DNA from: an uncultured Paludibacter sp.
GTDB taxonomy: Bacteria; Bacteroidota; Bacteroidia; Bacteroidales; Paludibacteraceae
Assembly: GCA_937927845.1 (NCBI GenBank)
Contig: CALFXE010000200.1
Span: forward strand, 106,047 to 170,046
Reading direction: 5' to 3'
DNA length: 64,000 nt
The notes under the pieces are model-generated. The model was not told where the DNA came from. It made no database searches and worked only from the letters and a program-made list of their open reading frames with translations. The position numbers and the translations under genes are program-made. Below, one piece after another: positions 19,367-30,021 of the stretch (the stretch's first letter is position 1; each line of letters opens with the position of its first letter).

Positions 19367-20761
19367 TCAGCCCGTTCTTTCAAGTAACCTGTTGCGCAGA
19401 ATCGACATTTGGGATTCGATATCCTTTAGTTCCGTAATATCGAAACTTGGAGAATTCTCGGCACCGGTAATTTTACCTTCTATTTCTGTCAGTTCCATTT
19501 TCAGTCTTGCCAGCATTTGTATGGAATCTTCTTTGGGGTTTTCCAGAGCCGCCAGCTTTTGTTTAAGCTGCTTCATTTCAAGACCTATACTCAATTCCTC
19601 AGTAATCGCATATTCTTCGGTCTGGGATATATTGGCATGGCCTAGCATTTCTTTAACTATGTTAATAGGGACACCATTCTTTAGCGTTATGGTAGAGGCA
19701 AATGTTCGTCTGGCCTTATGTGTGTTTAATTGAAAATCAAAATCACATAAGGTTGCTATTTCTTTCAGATATTCATTGGTCTTTTGGTTTGACCTCACCG
19801 GCAGAACTGAATTTCTTTGAAGGCATAACGGATCGTTTTCATATTTTTTCATTATCTCAATTGCCTTAGGTAATAATGGAATCTTGGTAGAAGCATCGGT
19901 CTTCTGACGGTTGGATATAATCCACCACTCTCCATCGATACCTCTTTGAATTTCGCTTTTTTGCAATTGATATACATCTATATAGGCAAGGCCTGTGTAG
20001 CATTGAAAAATAAAGATATCTCGGACGATAGTTAATCGTTCGGATGAAAAGGAGCGATTTTCTAATATATGCAACTGGTCGCTTGTAATTGGCTTTTTTG
20101 TCGGTTTAGTCCTCTTTTTCTTAAACTGTCTAAAAGGATCAGTACTAATAATTTCTTTGTCAATCGCCCTTATTATAATTTTTTTAAAATTCGAAATGTA
20201 TTTTAACGTACTGTTATTATTGCACTTCCTTTCAGTTCTCAGGTAAAAATCATAGTCCTTTATAAATTCAAAGTCCAGGTCTTTAAAATCCATATCATCG
20301 ACTTTATATTTGAACATCATAAAATCCTTGACATGGCTTAACGCAGTATTATATCTTGTTGCTGTTGCTATAGCAAATTCTCCAATTTTTGCCAAAGTTT
20401 CTATTTCCGTATTATGTTCTGCAAACTCCTGTAGAACTTTATTATGGCGATCTTCCTTGCCGTTTATACATGAAATAAGTTTTTCGGATGTAATTGCTTT
20501 TCCCATACTTAACAGTTCAGTTTTATATTGAACTATTTTTGACGTTAATAAGTCAAGAAATGAATTGAGTACCCGTGCATCTTCCTTATTTCCGATGGCT
20601 CTCTCTGTCTTTTGATCCCATCTTTTAATATCCCATTTCTGATTTGTGGAAGTGTCTTTCGGTCTGCCGTCTACTGTGATTCGGGCATATACCATTCTCA
20701 TGTCATTTGGTTTTCTTGGTGTCTTCAGAAAGAAGGTCATCCCATAACTGCTCTCTAACAT
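19367..20761 (-). CDS. Tyrosine site-specific integrase (Bacteroidetes IntDOT-like, arm-binding plus SAM-like domains)
   Basis: YARITVDG arm domain, CYTGLAYIDV, HKARRTFA, LGH..ISQTEEYA; adjacent to the tRNA. Confidence 0.92.
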   Translation of the reverse strand: MLESSYGMTFFLKTPRKPNDMRMVYARITVDGRPKDTSTNQKWDIKRWDQKTERAIGNKEDARVLNSFLDLLTSKIVQYKTELLSMGKAITSEKLISCINGKEDRHNKVLQEFAEHNTEIETLAKIGEFAIATATRYNTALSHVKDFMMFKYKVDDMDFKDLDFEFIKDYDFYLRTERKCNNNSTLKYISNFKKIIIRAIDKEIISTDPFRQFKKKRTKPTKKPITSDQLHILENRSFSSERLTIVRDIFIFQCYTGLAYIDVYQLQKSEIQRGIDGEWWIISNRQKTDASTKIPLLPKAIEIMKKYENDPLCLQRNSVLPVRSNQKTNEYLKEIATLCDFDFQLNTHKARRTFASTITLKNGVPINIVKEMLGHANISQTEEYAITEELSIGLEMKQLKQKLAALENPKEDSIQMLARLKMELTEIEGKITGAENSPSFDITELKDIESQMSILRNRLLERTG

Positions 20762-20862
20762 AATCTTTACTTTTTTAGGTTAATAAAATTCGGATTATAT
20801 TGCGCTAAAATCAAGATGTTAACGTGCTTTACCTGTTGATATACAAATAGTTAATGTGGTTT

Positions 20863-20910
20863 TTGTGGCACATTAGCTAATTTTTTTCCTGTGCCACGAT
20901 TGTGACACAA
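20863..20910. promoter_or_regulatory. Cluster of TGTG(G/C/A)CAC motifs, putative integrase arm-type sites
   Basis: tgtggcaca, tgtgccacg and tgtgacaca within 50 bp between int and the tRNA; first two are inverted. Confidence 0.4.
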
Positions 20911-20950
20911 AACTTTTGGGTGTTTTTGAAAATTTTGCGTGTAGTAGTAA

Positions 20951-20988
20951 AAAACAAAAAAGTCTGCAATTATTAAAATTGCAGACTT
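20951..20988 (-). terminator. Hairpin with U-tract downstream of tRNA-Ser (ICE end)
   Basis: aagtctgcaatt-attaa-aattgcagactt, followed on the minus strand by a T-run. Confidence 0.6.
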
Positions 20989-21054
20989 CATGCGGTTTTA
21001 CAAGTTTTTTAGGAGCAAAAACAGTCTTAAGATTTTGACTTTTCAGCTACTTCG

Positions 21055-21139
21055 CGGAGAAAGAGGGATTCGAACCCCCGGACCTGTTACAGTCAACAGT
21101 TTTCAAGACTGCCGCAATCGACCACTCTGCCATTTCTCC
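21055..21139 (-). tRNA. tRNA-Ser (TGA); likely ICE integration site
   Basis: Reverse complement GGAGAAATGGCAGAGTGGTCGATTGCGGCAGTCTTGAAAACTGTTGACTGTAACAGGTCCGGGGGTTCGAATCCCTCTTTCTCCG: long variable arm, GTTCGAATCC T-loop, anticodon TGA. Confidence 0.96.
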
Positions 21140-21171
21140 AATACATCGCAACCATTTCCTGATTGCGGTTG

Positions 21172-21201
21172 CAAATATAGTGCGTTTTTCGGTTTTTACA
21201 A
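21172..21201 (-). promoter_or_regulatory. Bacteroidetes primary-sigma promoter for tRNA-Ser
   Basis: TTG-N19-TATATTTG on the minus strand matches the -33/-7 (TAnnTTTG) consensus. Confidence 0.7.
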
Positions 21202-21285
21202 GCCTTTTTTGCTTAAAACTATCGAAAAAACAAGTGGTTTGATATAACTTGCTTACAGTGATAGTTTTAGAAAGGTAAATAAAAA

Positions 21286-22422
21286 TTAAAAACCTACGTA
21301 TTCCGTGATTTCAAGTCCGTATCCGATCATTCCCACACGTTTTGTCTGCTCGGAATTGGATAATAAACGGATTTTACAGATATCCAAATCGTGCAACATT
21401 TGCGCTCCGATACCAAAATCTTTAGCGTCAATTTTAATTTCCGGTGCTTTATGTACACCCTGTGACTGCAGATTTTTAAGCTCCGACAAACGGTTTAGCA
21501 GGTCGGAGGACTGTATTTCCTGATTGATAAACAAAATAGCACCCTGTCCTTCTTCGTTAATACGTCGGAACATATCGTCAAGACGTTTGTCGGCATTATT
21601 GGTCAGCGTACCTAAAATATCGTTGTTAACGTGTGTAGAGTTGATTCGGGTCAGTACCGGCTCACCGGCGCTCCAGCTTCCTTTTGTCAAAGCAATATGC
21701 ACCTGTTTGTTTGTGATTTGCAGGTAGGCTCTTAAACGGAAAGTCCCGAAACGGGTTTCGATTTCAAAATCCTCTTTTTTCTGGATCAGACTGTCGTGCT
21801 GCATTCTGTAGGCAACCAATGCCTCAATAGAAACGATTTTAAGGTCAAATCGTTTGGCTACTTCCATTAATTGCGGCAAACGGGCCATAGATCCGTCTTC
21901 GTTTAATATTTCAACCAGTATTCCGGCCGGTTTTAAGCCTGCCAGACGTGCTAAATCGATAGCAGCCTCTGTGTGTCCGGTTCTTCTCAATACACCGCCC
22001 TGTTTGGCACGTAAAGGGAAAATATGTCCCGGACGACCCAGGTCTTCCGGTTTGGTTTCGTCGTCTACTAAAGAAAGGATGGTTTTGGCTCTGTCATGTA
22101 CCGAAATACCGGTAGTACAGCCGTGTCCTTTTAAATCTACCGAAACGGTAAACTGTGTTTCGTGCAGTACGGTGTTGTTCGTAACCATCAGGTTAAGATC
22201 CAGTTCCTTACATCTTGCTTCCGTTAGAGGAGCACAGATAAGGCCTCGTCCGTGAGTAGCCATGAAGTTGATCATTTCCGGAGTTACTTTTTCTGCCGCA
22301 GCAATAAAATCTCCTTCGTTTTCACGATCTTCATCGTCAACAACAATAATAATTTTACCTTGTCTTATATCTTCAATTGCTTCTTCTATAGTGTTGAGTT
22401 GTATGTGTTCGTTAGTTGCCAT
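21286..22422 (-). CDS. ribB: 3,4-dihydroxy-2-butanone-4-phosphate synthase fused to a degenerate GTP cyclohydrolase II domain
   Basis: [29 protein letters not shown]; start taken at MATNEH. Confidence 0.92.
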   Translation of the reverse strand: MATNEHIQLNTIEEAIEDIRQGKIIIVVDDEDRENEGDFIAAAEKVTPEMINFMATHGRGLICAPLTEARCKELDLNLMVTNNTVLHETQFTVSVDLKGHGCTTGISVHDRAKTILSLVDDETKPEDLGRPGHIFPLRAKQGGVLRRTGHTEAAIDLARLAGLKPAGILVEILNEDGSMARLPQLMEVAKRFDLKIVSIEALVAYRMQHDSLIQKKEDFEIETRFGTFRLRAYLQITNKQVHIALTKGSWSAGEPVLTRINSTHVNNDILGTLTNNADKRLDDMFRRINEEGQGAILFINQEIQSSDLLNRLSELKNLQSQGVHKAPEIKIDAKDFGIGAQMLHDLDICKIRLLSNSEQTKRVGMIGYGLEITEYVGF

Positions 22423-22423
22423 T

Positions 22424-23860
22424 TTAGTTGTTATTATTTTTAAATATTTTTTCTGCAAGTTTCTGGAACGGAACGGTAATCCAGTCAAAATTAATCATCA
22501 CGCCAATATCGTTGGTTGCCCGGTAGGTCAGGAATATTGCCAGTGGCGTTAAAACCATCGAAGCCATCCAGGTTCCCAGGAAAGGAGGGATCCCGTTTTC
22601 CTGTGCTACTTTCTTTCCGAAAGTATTAATGAAGTGGTAGATAATGAAAATCAGTACCGCAAATACAATGGGCAGTCCCAAGCCTCCTTTACGGATAATG
22701 GCTCCCAGCGGTGCCCCGATAAAGAACATCAGCAGACAGGAGAATGCCACTACAAATTTTTCATGCAATACGATCCAGTGTACGTTGATGTTTTTTTGTT
22801 TTTCCAGCAGGTCATTACTGTTACTGTCTATAGAGTAGATCAGGCTGGTTACGTTATTTTTTGAAATTTCCAGTACTTTATATTGTAAATCCAGAGGCAG
22901 CAGCGCCATCATGTCTTTGGTTTTGTTGGATGCTGTATTGGAACCGGAGAATTTGGGTTTCAATGCAAAATCAGTGCCCTGAACAATATTGTCGGCAAAG
23001 GATAATTTATCTTTTTTAATATTCGATTCTAAGGAGTCAATGGTAAAATTCAGCTCATTTACCGTAAGCATGGTATTGGTATTCGTGATCTTTTCATCTT
23101 CATCAACAGGGTTTAAGGCTGTTAAATCGATATTGACACGGTATTTTTTAAAGGCTGCTTTGGCAAACGGTTCCCGTTTCCGGTCTTCATAATTTTTTGG
23201 CATCACATCTTCGTAGTAATAGCCGTCAATTAAATCCAGTTTTAAAATATTGGAATTGGCATCGTTAATTAAAACGCCTCTTTTGGCTTTAATAACCGAT
23301 TTATTCCCGGTTCCCAGGTTTGATTTCTCGTGCATGGTAACACCTTGCAGCTGTTCGCCTTTTTCACCGGATTTCTTATCGACTTTAATGGAGAAATTCC
23401 CGATCTTGTTAAAAAGACCTTCCGCAATGGCCATGGCCGGTTTGGTATGGAAAATCTCTTTACGAAGGTTTACAAAATTATATTCTGCTTTCGGAATAAC
23501 ATTATTGGCAAAAAAGAAAGAAACAAAGCTTAAAATCACGATAAAAATATTCAGACTCTGCATCGCTCTTTTCAACGATATCCCGGAAGATTTCATCGCT
23601 GCAAATTCATAATTCTCCGAAAAACTTCCAAAAGTCATGATCGAAGCAAGCAGGATGGAAAGCGGTAAAACGAGCGGAATCATTTTTGGCGAGTAGAAGA
23701 GTAGGAACTGGAATACCAGCCAGGCGTCCAGATCTTTACCGGCTAATTCAGCAATGAACAGCCAGATTCCCTGCAAAATAAATATAAAAAAAAGGATTAC
23801 AAATACCGTAGCAAATGTAATCAGGAAGCTTTTAAGAATGTAACGGTCTAATATTTTCAC
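22424..23860 (-). CDS. LptF/LptG family LPS export permease
   Basis: [37 protein letters not shown]. Confidence 0.9.
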   Translation of the reverse strand: MKILDRYILKSFLITFATVFVILFFIFILQGIWLFIAELAGKDLDAWLVFQFLLFYSPKMIPLVLPLSILLASIMTFGSFSENYEFAAMKSSGISLKRAMQSLNIFIVILSFVSFFFANNVIPKAEYNFVNLRKEIFHTKPAMAIAEGLFNKIGNFSIKVDKKSGEKGEQLQGVTMHEKSNLGTGNKSVIKAKRGVLINDANSNILKLDLIDGYYYEDVMPKNYEDRKREPFAKAAFKKYRVNIDLTALNPVDEDEKITNTNTMLTVNELNFTIDSLESNIKKDKLSFADNIVQGTDFALKPKFSGSNTASNKTKDMMALLPLDLQYKVLEISKNNVTSLIYSIDSNSNDLLEKQKNINVHWIVLHEKFVVAFSCLLMFFIGAPLGAIIRKGGLGLPIVFAVLIFIIYHFINTFGKKVAQENGIPPFLGTWMASMVLTPLAIFLTYRATNDIGVMINFDWITVPFQKLAEKIFKNNNN

Positions 23861-23867
23861 CCGATAA

Positions 23868-24512
23868 TTAATCTAATTTATTGATGTAGTAATTAGGATA
23901 TTTACTTTCGGTAAAGGTAAAATGATTTTTCGAAATAGGCTGATTCGTTTTAAAAGAATTAACAGTCAAAGTGGTTTTTGTACCGTCTTTCGCGATTTCG
24001 ATCTTATTGTAGATGTGTTTTGTCTGAGTATCAATACCTAAGTAAATTTCTTTGGTTTTATCTTTGGCGCTAAGCGGCGTAAGTTTGATGTATTGTATCT
24101 TACGGCCTCTGATGTTTAGCAATTTGTCCCAGGCATATTTGTAGCCGGAATTGAAGAAGGTCAGTATTTTAGACGGCGTAATGGAATTTTCATCATTCTC
24201 GTCATATTTGGATACGGTAATTTCTTCGTCTTCAGGGATAATCGTATAGTTTTTCTTTCCGTCAAACATTTTGGTAACGCCCATAAAGTTCAGTACGAAT
24301 AAATTGCCTTTAAGGGTCACGTTTCCTTTACTGTCCTGATCCTGGTTTTGTTTGGTGTTTTGAAGCGTAAAGCGGAAATCAATAACAATATTGTCATAGC
24401 TTTTCGCTTTGGTATAAACTTCATCCAACAGGTCTTTTGCCTTTTTGGCTTCCTGTGCCTGTAGGGTTAAACCAAAGAATAGTAAGGTGATAAACTGAAA
24501 AAAAGTACGCAT
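23868..24512 (-). CDS. LolA-family outer-membrane lipoprotein carrier
   Basis: Signal peptide from MRTFFQF; FDGKKNY motif; conserved position downstream of ftsK. Confidence 0.8.
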   Translation of the reverse strand: MRTFFQFITLLFFGLTLQAQEAKKAKDLLDEVYTKAKSYDNIVIDFRFTLQNTKQNQDQDSKGNVTLKGNLFVLNFMGVTKMFDGKKNYTIIPEDEEITVSKYDENDENSITPSKILTFFNSGYKYAWDKLLNIRGRKIQYIKLTPLSAKDKTKEIYLGIDTQTKHIYNKIEIAKDGTKTTLTVNSFKTNQPISKNHFTFTESKYPNYYINKLD

Positions 24513-24513
24513 T

Positions 24514-27027
24514 TTAAAAATCATTTTGTTCATTAGCAAAGAATTGATCCAGGGATGATAAGTCCGGAATGAGTACACTTCGGGCTTTACTGCCTTCAAA
24601 AGGACCTACAATTCCTGCAGCTTCCAGTTGGTCGATAAGGCGTCCGGCTCTGTTGTATCCCAATTTCAGTTTTCTTTGTAATAAAGAAGCCGAACCTTGC
24701 TGTGCGGTCACAATAATTTCTGCGGCTTCTCTAAATAAAGAATCTCTGTCGGAAATATCTATATCAAGACTTATGCCACTTTCTTCACCAATATATTCCG
24801 GAAGCAAATATGCATTCGGATAGGCTTTCTGTGAACCGATGAATTCCGTAATTTTTTCTACCTCCGGTGTATCAACAAAGGCACATTGCACACGAACCAG
24901 GTCATTTCCCTGCGTGTATAGTAAATCCCCGCGGCCGATTAACTGATCGGCTCCCTGGCTGTCCAGAATGGTTCTCGAGTCAATTTTTGAGGTTACACGG
25001 AAAGCGATACGTGCCGGGAAGTTGGCTTTAATGATACCGGTAATAACGTTTACCGACGGACGTTGTGTCGCGATAATCAGGTGAATACCAATGGCACGGG
25101 CAAGCTGTGCCAGACGCGCAATAGGCGTTTCCACCTCTTTACCGGCGGTCATGATCAGATCGGCAAACTCATCCACAACCAGAACGATATACGGCAGGAA
25201 GCGGTGTCCGTTTTCCGGATTTAATTTTCGTTGTCTGAATTTCTCGTTATACTCTTTAATGTTACGCACCATCGCATCCTTCAGCAGGTTGTAACGGTTG
25301 TCCATCTCGATACAAAGAGAATTCAGCGTGTTGATAACTTTGGTATTATCGGTAATGATCGCATCTTCCGTGTCCGGAAGCTTGGCTAAATAATGTCTTT
25401 CAATTTTATTAAAAAGGGTCAACTCCACTTTTTTAGGATCGACCAATACGAATTTTACTTCTGCCGGATGCTTTTTGTATAAAAGCGAGGTCAATACGGC
25501 ATTTAAACCAACCGATTTACCCTGACCCGTTGCACCGGCCATTAAAAGGTGAGGCATTTTTGCCAGGTCAACCACAAAGGTTTCGTTAGAAATGGTTTTT
25601 CCTAAAGCGATTGGCAATTCCATTTCTGCTGTCTGGAATTTCGGAGAAGCGATAACGCTTTTCATCGAAACCATAGTAGGGGAGTTGTTCGGAACTTCGA
25701 TACCAATGGTTCCTTTACCCGGAATCGGAGCGATAATACGGATTCCTAAAGCAGCAAGCGATAAGGCAATATCATCCTCCAGGCTCTTGATTTTGGAAAT
25801 CCGGATCCCGGCTTCGGGTACAATTTCATATAAGGTAACTGTAGGACCAACGGTTGCCTTAATCTGGGCAATGTCGATTTTATAGTTACGAAGGGTCTCA
25901 ACAATTTTGTTTTTGTTTTCTTCCAGCTCTGCCTGATTGATGGTGATGCCGCCGGATGTATATTCCTTTAACAGGTCAATGGATGGCAGCTGGTAGTTGG
26001 ATAATTCCAATGTGGGATCAAACTCCCCGAAATCACGGACAAGTCTTGCCGCCAGATTTTCTTCCACCACGGCTTCCTCTTCGATTTTTTCGATTACAAA
26101 ATGCTCGTCATCGGTTTTTATAATTTCCGAAACAGGAGCAGTCGGGATTGTGGCTGCCGGCTCCGGTTCGACAGGTTTTGTTTTCAGGCTGATTTCCGAA
26201 GGGTGTGCGATAGTGGGTTTTAAAGCTTCTTTATTGATCTCAAATGCAGAAGGCTTGGTCTTTAATTCAATATTGGACAATACTTCGTCGTCCTCTTCAT
26301 CGTTAAAATCAAGACTTGGATTGGAAGTAATAATGGTGTCGTCAATTATTTCATCGGCTAAGGCTACCGGTGAATTGTTCTGGTTTCCGGCAACCGGCGT
26401 GTCCAGATTTAACTCGTCTGTAAAGGATTTGTTCGATTTTTCAAAGAAATCTTTAATGCCTTCGGTTGAAATTTTTATTTTGAAGATCAGGTAAATGATA
26501 ACGCCAAACAGCAATACTAAAAAGGTTCCGGTTTTGCCCAGGTAATCCTGTACAAAAAGGTTCATTTCATACCCGATGATACCGCCTAACTGCGGTACTA
26601 CATTCCAGAAAAAACCAAAGAGTACAGAAAGGATAACCATTACAAAAAGGTCCCAGAAAATGGTTTTTTTAAGTTTGGTTAGCGACAGATCTACCAGAAG
26701 ATAGGTTCCGGCTAAAAAGAACAGGCGCACAAAAAGAAAAGAAGCCGCTCCGAATCCTCTATACAGGAAAAAATCGGACAGAAAAGCCCCGAATTTCCCT
26801 AACCAGTTGTATGTTTTCTCACTTCGGTCACCAAAGCTAGTTAACGAACTCTGGTCGTAATCGCCATAGATATAATAGGAGATAAAAGAGAGCAGCAACG
26901 CAACCGAAAATAAAACAAGTAAAGCCCCGAACAGGACTTTGTACTGACGTGAAATTTGCCAGGAGAATTTCGGTTTTGCTGTTTTTTCTCCTTTATCCGG
27001 AGTTTCTTTTTTTGTTGATTTTGCCAT
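24514..27027 (-). CDS. ftsK: DNA translocase FtsK
   Basis: N-terminal TM domain, MPHLLMAGATGQGKS, VDEFADL, gamma domain SASLLQRKLKLGYNRAGRLID. Confidence 0.96.
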   Translation of the reverse strand: MAKSTKKETPDKGEKTAKPKFSWQISRQYKVLFGALLVLFSVALLLSFISYYIYGDYDQSSLTSFGDRSEKTYNWLGKFGAFLSDFFLYRGFGAASFLFVRLFFLAGTYLLVDLSLTKLKKTIFWDLFVMVILSVLFGFFWNVVPQLGGIIGYEMNLFVQDYLGKTGTFLVLLFGVIIYLIFKIKISTEGIKDFFEKSNKSFTDELNLDTPVAGNQNNSPVALADEIIDDTIITSNPSLDFNDEEDDEVLSNIELKTKPSAFEINKEALKPTIAHPSEISLKTKPVEPEPAATIPTAPVSEIIKTDDEHFVIEKIEEEAVVEENLAARLVRDFGEFDPTLELSNYQLPSIDLLKEYTSGGITINQAELEENKNKIVETLRNYKIDIAQIKATVGPTVTLYEIVPEAGIRISKIKSLEDDIALSLAALGIRIIAPIPGKGTIGIEVPNNSPTMVSMKSVIASPKFQTAEMELPIALGKTISNETFVVDLAKMPHLLMAGATGQGKSVGLNAVLTSLLYKKHPAEVKFVLVDPKKVELTLFNKIERHYLAKLPDTEDAIITDNTKVINTLNSLCIEMDNRYNLLKDAMVRNIKEYNEKFRQRKLNPENGHRFLPYIVLVVDEFADLIMTAGKEVETPIARLAQLARAIGIHLIIATQRPSVNVITGIIKANFPARIAFRVTSKIDSRTILDSQGADQLIGRGDLLYTQGNDLVRVQCAFVDTPEVEKITEFIGSQKAYPNAYLLPEYIGEESGISLDIDISDRDSLFREAAEIIVTAQQGSASLLQRKLKLGYNRAGRLIDQLEAAGIVGPFEGSKARSVLIPDLSSLDQFFANEQNDF

Positions 27028-27061
27028 TTACAATAGTCAAATTTTGTCGCCGTACGGTGAA

Positions 27062-27430
27062 TCAGATTATCCGTGGCAAATATATAATTAATCCCACAGC
27101 AATAGCGGCAAGGGCTGCAAAAAATACAGCACCTGCGGCTATGTCTTTTATAAAACCTATTTTTTGATGGTAGTCCGGATGAATAAAATCGGCAATTTTT
27201 TCAACAGCCGTATTCAATCCCTCGATACTTAAAACCAGTCCGATTGCCAGTGTCTGCACCAGCCATTCCACCTGCGATATTCTGAAATAGAATCCGGCCA
27301 GTGTAACCAAAACAGCCAGACTGAACTGAATCATCACGCTGTGTTCGGTTGTGATTAGTTTGTAAGCTCCTTTAAAAGCATACACGACACTTTTCAGCCT
27401 ACCGGTAAAAAAGGAATTATCTTGTTTCAT
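27062..27430 (-). CDS. dgkA: Diacylglycerol/undecaprenol kinase family
   Basis: EGLNTAVEKIAD and KDIAAGAV motifs. Confidence 0.88.
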   Translation of the reverse strand: MKQDNSFFTGRLKSVVYAFKGAYKLITTEHSVMIQFSLAVLVTLAGFYFRISQVEWLVQTLAIGLVLSIEGLNTAVEKIADFIHPDYHQKIGFIKDIAAGAVFFAALAAIAVGLIIYLPRII

Positions 27431-27437
27431 TTAAAAT

Positions 27438-27935
27438 TTAAAGTGCTGCCAAAGCATTTTCGTAATTAGGTTCGTCCACAATATCCGGAACCTGCTCACT
27501 GTATTTTACCACGCCGTTTTCGTCCAGAACAATAACAACACGGGAAAGCAAACCTGCTAAAGGTCCGTCGGCAATTGTCAGGCCGTATTCTTTACCGAAG
27601 CTACCGTCTTTAAAATCAGAAAGATTGATCACGTTCGATAATCCTTCCGCTCCGCAAAAACGAGCCTGTGCAAATGGCAAGTCACGTGAAATACACAATA
27701 CTTTTGTGTTTTCCAGATTGCTTGCTTTTTCGTTGAATTTTCTAACAGATGCCGCACAGGTACCGGTATCCACACTCGGGAAAATGTTTAAAACAACTTT
27801 ACTTCCTTTAAAATCGGATAGGGAAGCTAATGAAAGATCGTTTTTAACTAATTGAAAATCTTTTGCCTGTGTACCAACCTGCGGTAATTCTCCGGCAGTA
27901 TGAATTGTATTTCCTTTTAATGTGATTTGTGCCAT
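27438..27935 (-). CDS. tpx: Thiol peroxidase
   Basis: [35 protein letters not shown]. Confidence 0.95.
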   Translation of the reverse strand: MAQITLKGNTIHTAGELPQVGTQAKDFQLVKNDLSLASLSDFKGSKVVLNIFPSVDTGTCAASVRKFNEKASNLENTKVLCISRDLPFAQARFCGAEGLSNVINLSDFKDGSFGKEYGLTIADGPLAGLLSRVVIVLDENGVVKYSEQVPDIVDEPNYENALAAL

Positions 27936-27957
27936 TTTTTTAATTTTTTTAGTACTC

Positions 27958-27965
27958 CAAAAGTA
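27958..27965 (-). promoter_or_regulatory. -7 element upstream of tpx
   Basis: TACTTTTG matches TAnnTTTG. Confidence 0.5.
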
Positions 27966-28135
27966 TGAAATTATATCGAAAATACGAAAGTGTACCGGAT
28001 TTGCCTGCCGAATTTACACAAGGGGTAATTTTCAGGCGGTTATGGAGTGGGCGTATGGCGTTTACCGGCTGGGGAATAAAGAGGCGCGATTATTATAGGT
28101 GTAATTAAAGAGTGTTTCTCTTTTGGGATTCTGAG

Positions 28136-28235
28136 CCCAATAGCCGCATCGTCATTATGTGTTATTAATATACTCCTGAGCATTACAGGCCTTATGCTTT
28201 AAACCAAACGGATAATAATGATTCTCTTCCATAAT
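28136..28235 (-). pseudogene. Decayed RHS core fragment
   Basis: Translates IMEENHYYPFGLKHKACNAQEY, compared with IMEESHYYPFGLKHKAYNTQEY in the intact RHS (~34068-34133), followed by an out-of-frame DAAIG remnant. Confidence 0.8.
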
Positions 28236-28370
28236 GGAGGACACTCCTGTAAAACTATTCTCCGTACAGGACATCCCCAAATCCATAGGTAGCACTAACA
28301 TAACCCTATGCATGCTGAGAAAATTTTAAAACATCTTTTTTGTGCTGAAAGCCAGCTAAATAAGAGGTGT

Positions 28371-28874
28371 TTACCAATGTTTTTTAGTCTTAATAATATT
28401 TGTGACCATTCGATCAATTTCATTACTAAAAGTTTTTTTTGCATCGGGATTTGGTAAAAGAAAAACAAATCGGCTAAGAACATCATTCTCCGTTGAGAGA
28501 TAGGCGATTCCTCTTACGAATTCGCTATCATTGTAAGAAAAATAAATCTTTAGATTTCCATCCTGTTTTTCAATGTCCGTAATAACCAGCTCATACAAAT
28601 CCGTTAAAAAATCTTCAAAGTTATTCTCATCAACTTTTACTGCTCCGCTCATCTTATTAGACATCAGATACAATAAATATTTAATCTTGCCATCTGCTCC
28701 AAACTCATAGATATCAATATTCGCTTCTGCCTCACGGGTAGTGTTAAACATCGTATAAGTTGTATTTTCTGGGACAGTAACGGTATAAAACTCAGTTTTA
28801 AATTTCGTTTGCGAATAAATTCCGGTTACAACTAACAGCGATATACCTGTAAAAAATAGTTTATACTTATTCAT
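28371..28874 (-). CDS. Exported hypothetical protein, candidate orphan immunity protein
   Basis: Signal peptide ending IYS-Q; within the RHS downstream array. Confidence 0.65.
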   Translation of the reverse strand: MNKYKLFFTGISLLVVTGIYSQTKFKTEFYTVTVPENTTYTMFNTTREAEANIDIYEFGADGKIKYLLYLMSNKMSGAVKVDENNFEDFLTDLYELVITDIEKQDGNLKIYFSYNDSEFVRGIAYLSTENDVLSRFVFLLPNPDAKKTFSNEIDRMVTNIIKTKKHW

Positions 28875-29306
28875 CCATCATGTACTTACTAATATTTATA
28901 TTATCTGATGTTGTCAATATAAAACGAATATAACGATTCTTTTTTTTATCTCCGAAAGTTGTTATACAAGTCAGAGAAGACAGAAAAAGAACTGTCTTAT
29001 TTATTTTTGAATCATCTTTTTATACGAACTATTGATAATCATAGTTTTAATTAGGGATTAAATTAAGGAGACTATACTTAGAATAATTTTATAAAATAGT
29101 TCTTTTAATAATTCCTTTATTCTTAATAAACTTGGCAGTCTTTGGTAAAGGATAAGCATTATAGGTAGGATCTACTAAGGTGACCTTTTCTAAAATTCTC
29201 ACCATTTTTCTCCATTAATAATTGGATTAACATAAGGATGGACACATGTGTTGCGCCCATCCCTGTATTCCGAATACTGAAACGAGTTTCTGACTTTTTA
29301 TGAATC

Positions 29307-29891
29307 TTAATGTTTTATTAAGCTTTTATAGATTTTATATGCGCTAACATTATCAATTTCAAAATTTGGTATCTCTTCAATATTATTTTTAATTAACAGT
29401 ACAGAATCGTTATTATTTTTTGAAGCACTTATGTTGTCTAAAATGCCAGAACAAGCTGTACACTTTATTAAAACATAATAATAATCAATTTTTGATTGAA
29501 TGATTTTTTTTGATTTTACATTAACGGAAAATAACTTCTTCTTGTTTTTTAAAATTTCATCAATTTTCTTCCTATTTGCTTCTCCATATTTATTGTCAAT
29601 ATTAAAAGAATCATTACTATAATTGAATGTCAAATATATCGAATCTCTTTTTTGACATGATTCAAAGTGACCGTCTGAAAAATCTTTTAAAAAAACATCT
29701 GAAATTTTAAAATCATCTTTTAACTCCACAGAAGAGTCATATTTAATTGCCTTCAAAGAAGCTTTATATTTATCAATCTTGGTTTTCTGTTTTGTTTCAG
29801 AAAAAATTAATAAAAATTTTTGTTCAGCAGATTGACCCAATACGCATTTGGGAATTAAGAACAATAAAATTAGAAATAATAACTTTCTCAT
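29307..29891 (-). CDS. Exported hypothetical protein, candidate orphan immunity protein
   Basis: MRKLLFLILLF signal peptide; very AT-rich. Confidence 0.65.
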   Translation of the reverse strand: MRKLLFLILLFLIPKCVLGQSAEQKFLLIFSETKQKTKIDKYKASLKAIKYDSSVELKDDFKISDVFLKDFSDGHFESCQKRDSIYLTFNYSNDSFNIDNKYGEANRKKIDEILKNKKKLFSVNVKSKKIIQSKIDYYYVLIKCTACSGILDNISASKNNNDSVLLIKNNIEEIPNFEIDNVSAYKIYKSLIKH

Positions 29892-29895
29892 AATA

Positions 29896-30021
29896 TTAAT
29901 TTGCTTTATAACTATTTTGAATTATTTGATCAACTTCTGATGTTTTTAAACTCTCAGGAGGACTTCCTAAAACATCACCACTCGTATTCGTATATCCATT
30001 GTCAGGGATTGTAAATCTGTA
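29896..30021 (-). pseudogene. Start-less open frame, possible orphan toxin C-terminal tip
   Basis: 41 open codons (YRFTIPDNGYTNTSGDVLGSPPESLKTSEVDQIIQNSYKAN*) fill the gap and stop 4 nt before the next ATG. Confidence 0.4.

Larger units (their letters stand above)
1..21054. mobile_element. Integrative conjugative element (Bacteroidetes conjugative transposon), one end; the other end lies outside the window
   Basis: Co-oriented tra gene cluster, HTH/excisionase-like genes and a tyrosine integrase next to the 3' end of a tRNA-Ser; core housekeeping genes start on the other side of the tRNA. Confidence 0.9.

Noticed and set aside
20990-21247. 85-aa ORF spanning the tRNA
   Set aside because: Antisense read-through of tRNA-Ser
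29085-29300. Broken minus-strand frames (YSEYRDGRN..., EKVTLVDPTYNAYPLP...)
   Set aside because: Probably gene debris, but too short and unrecognisable to call
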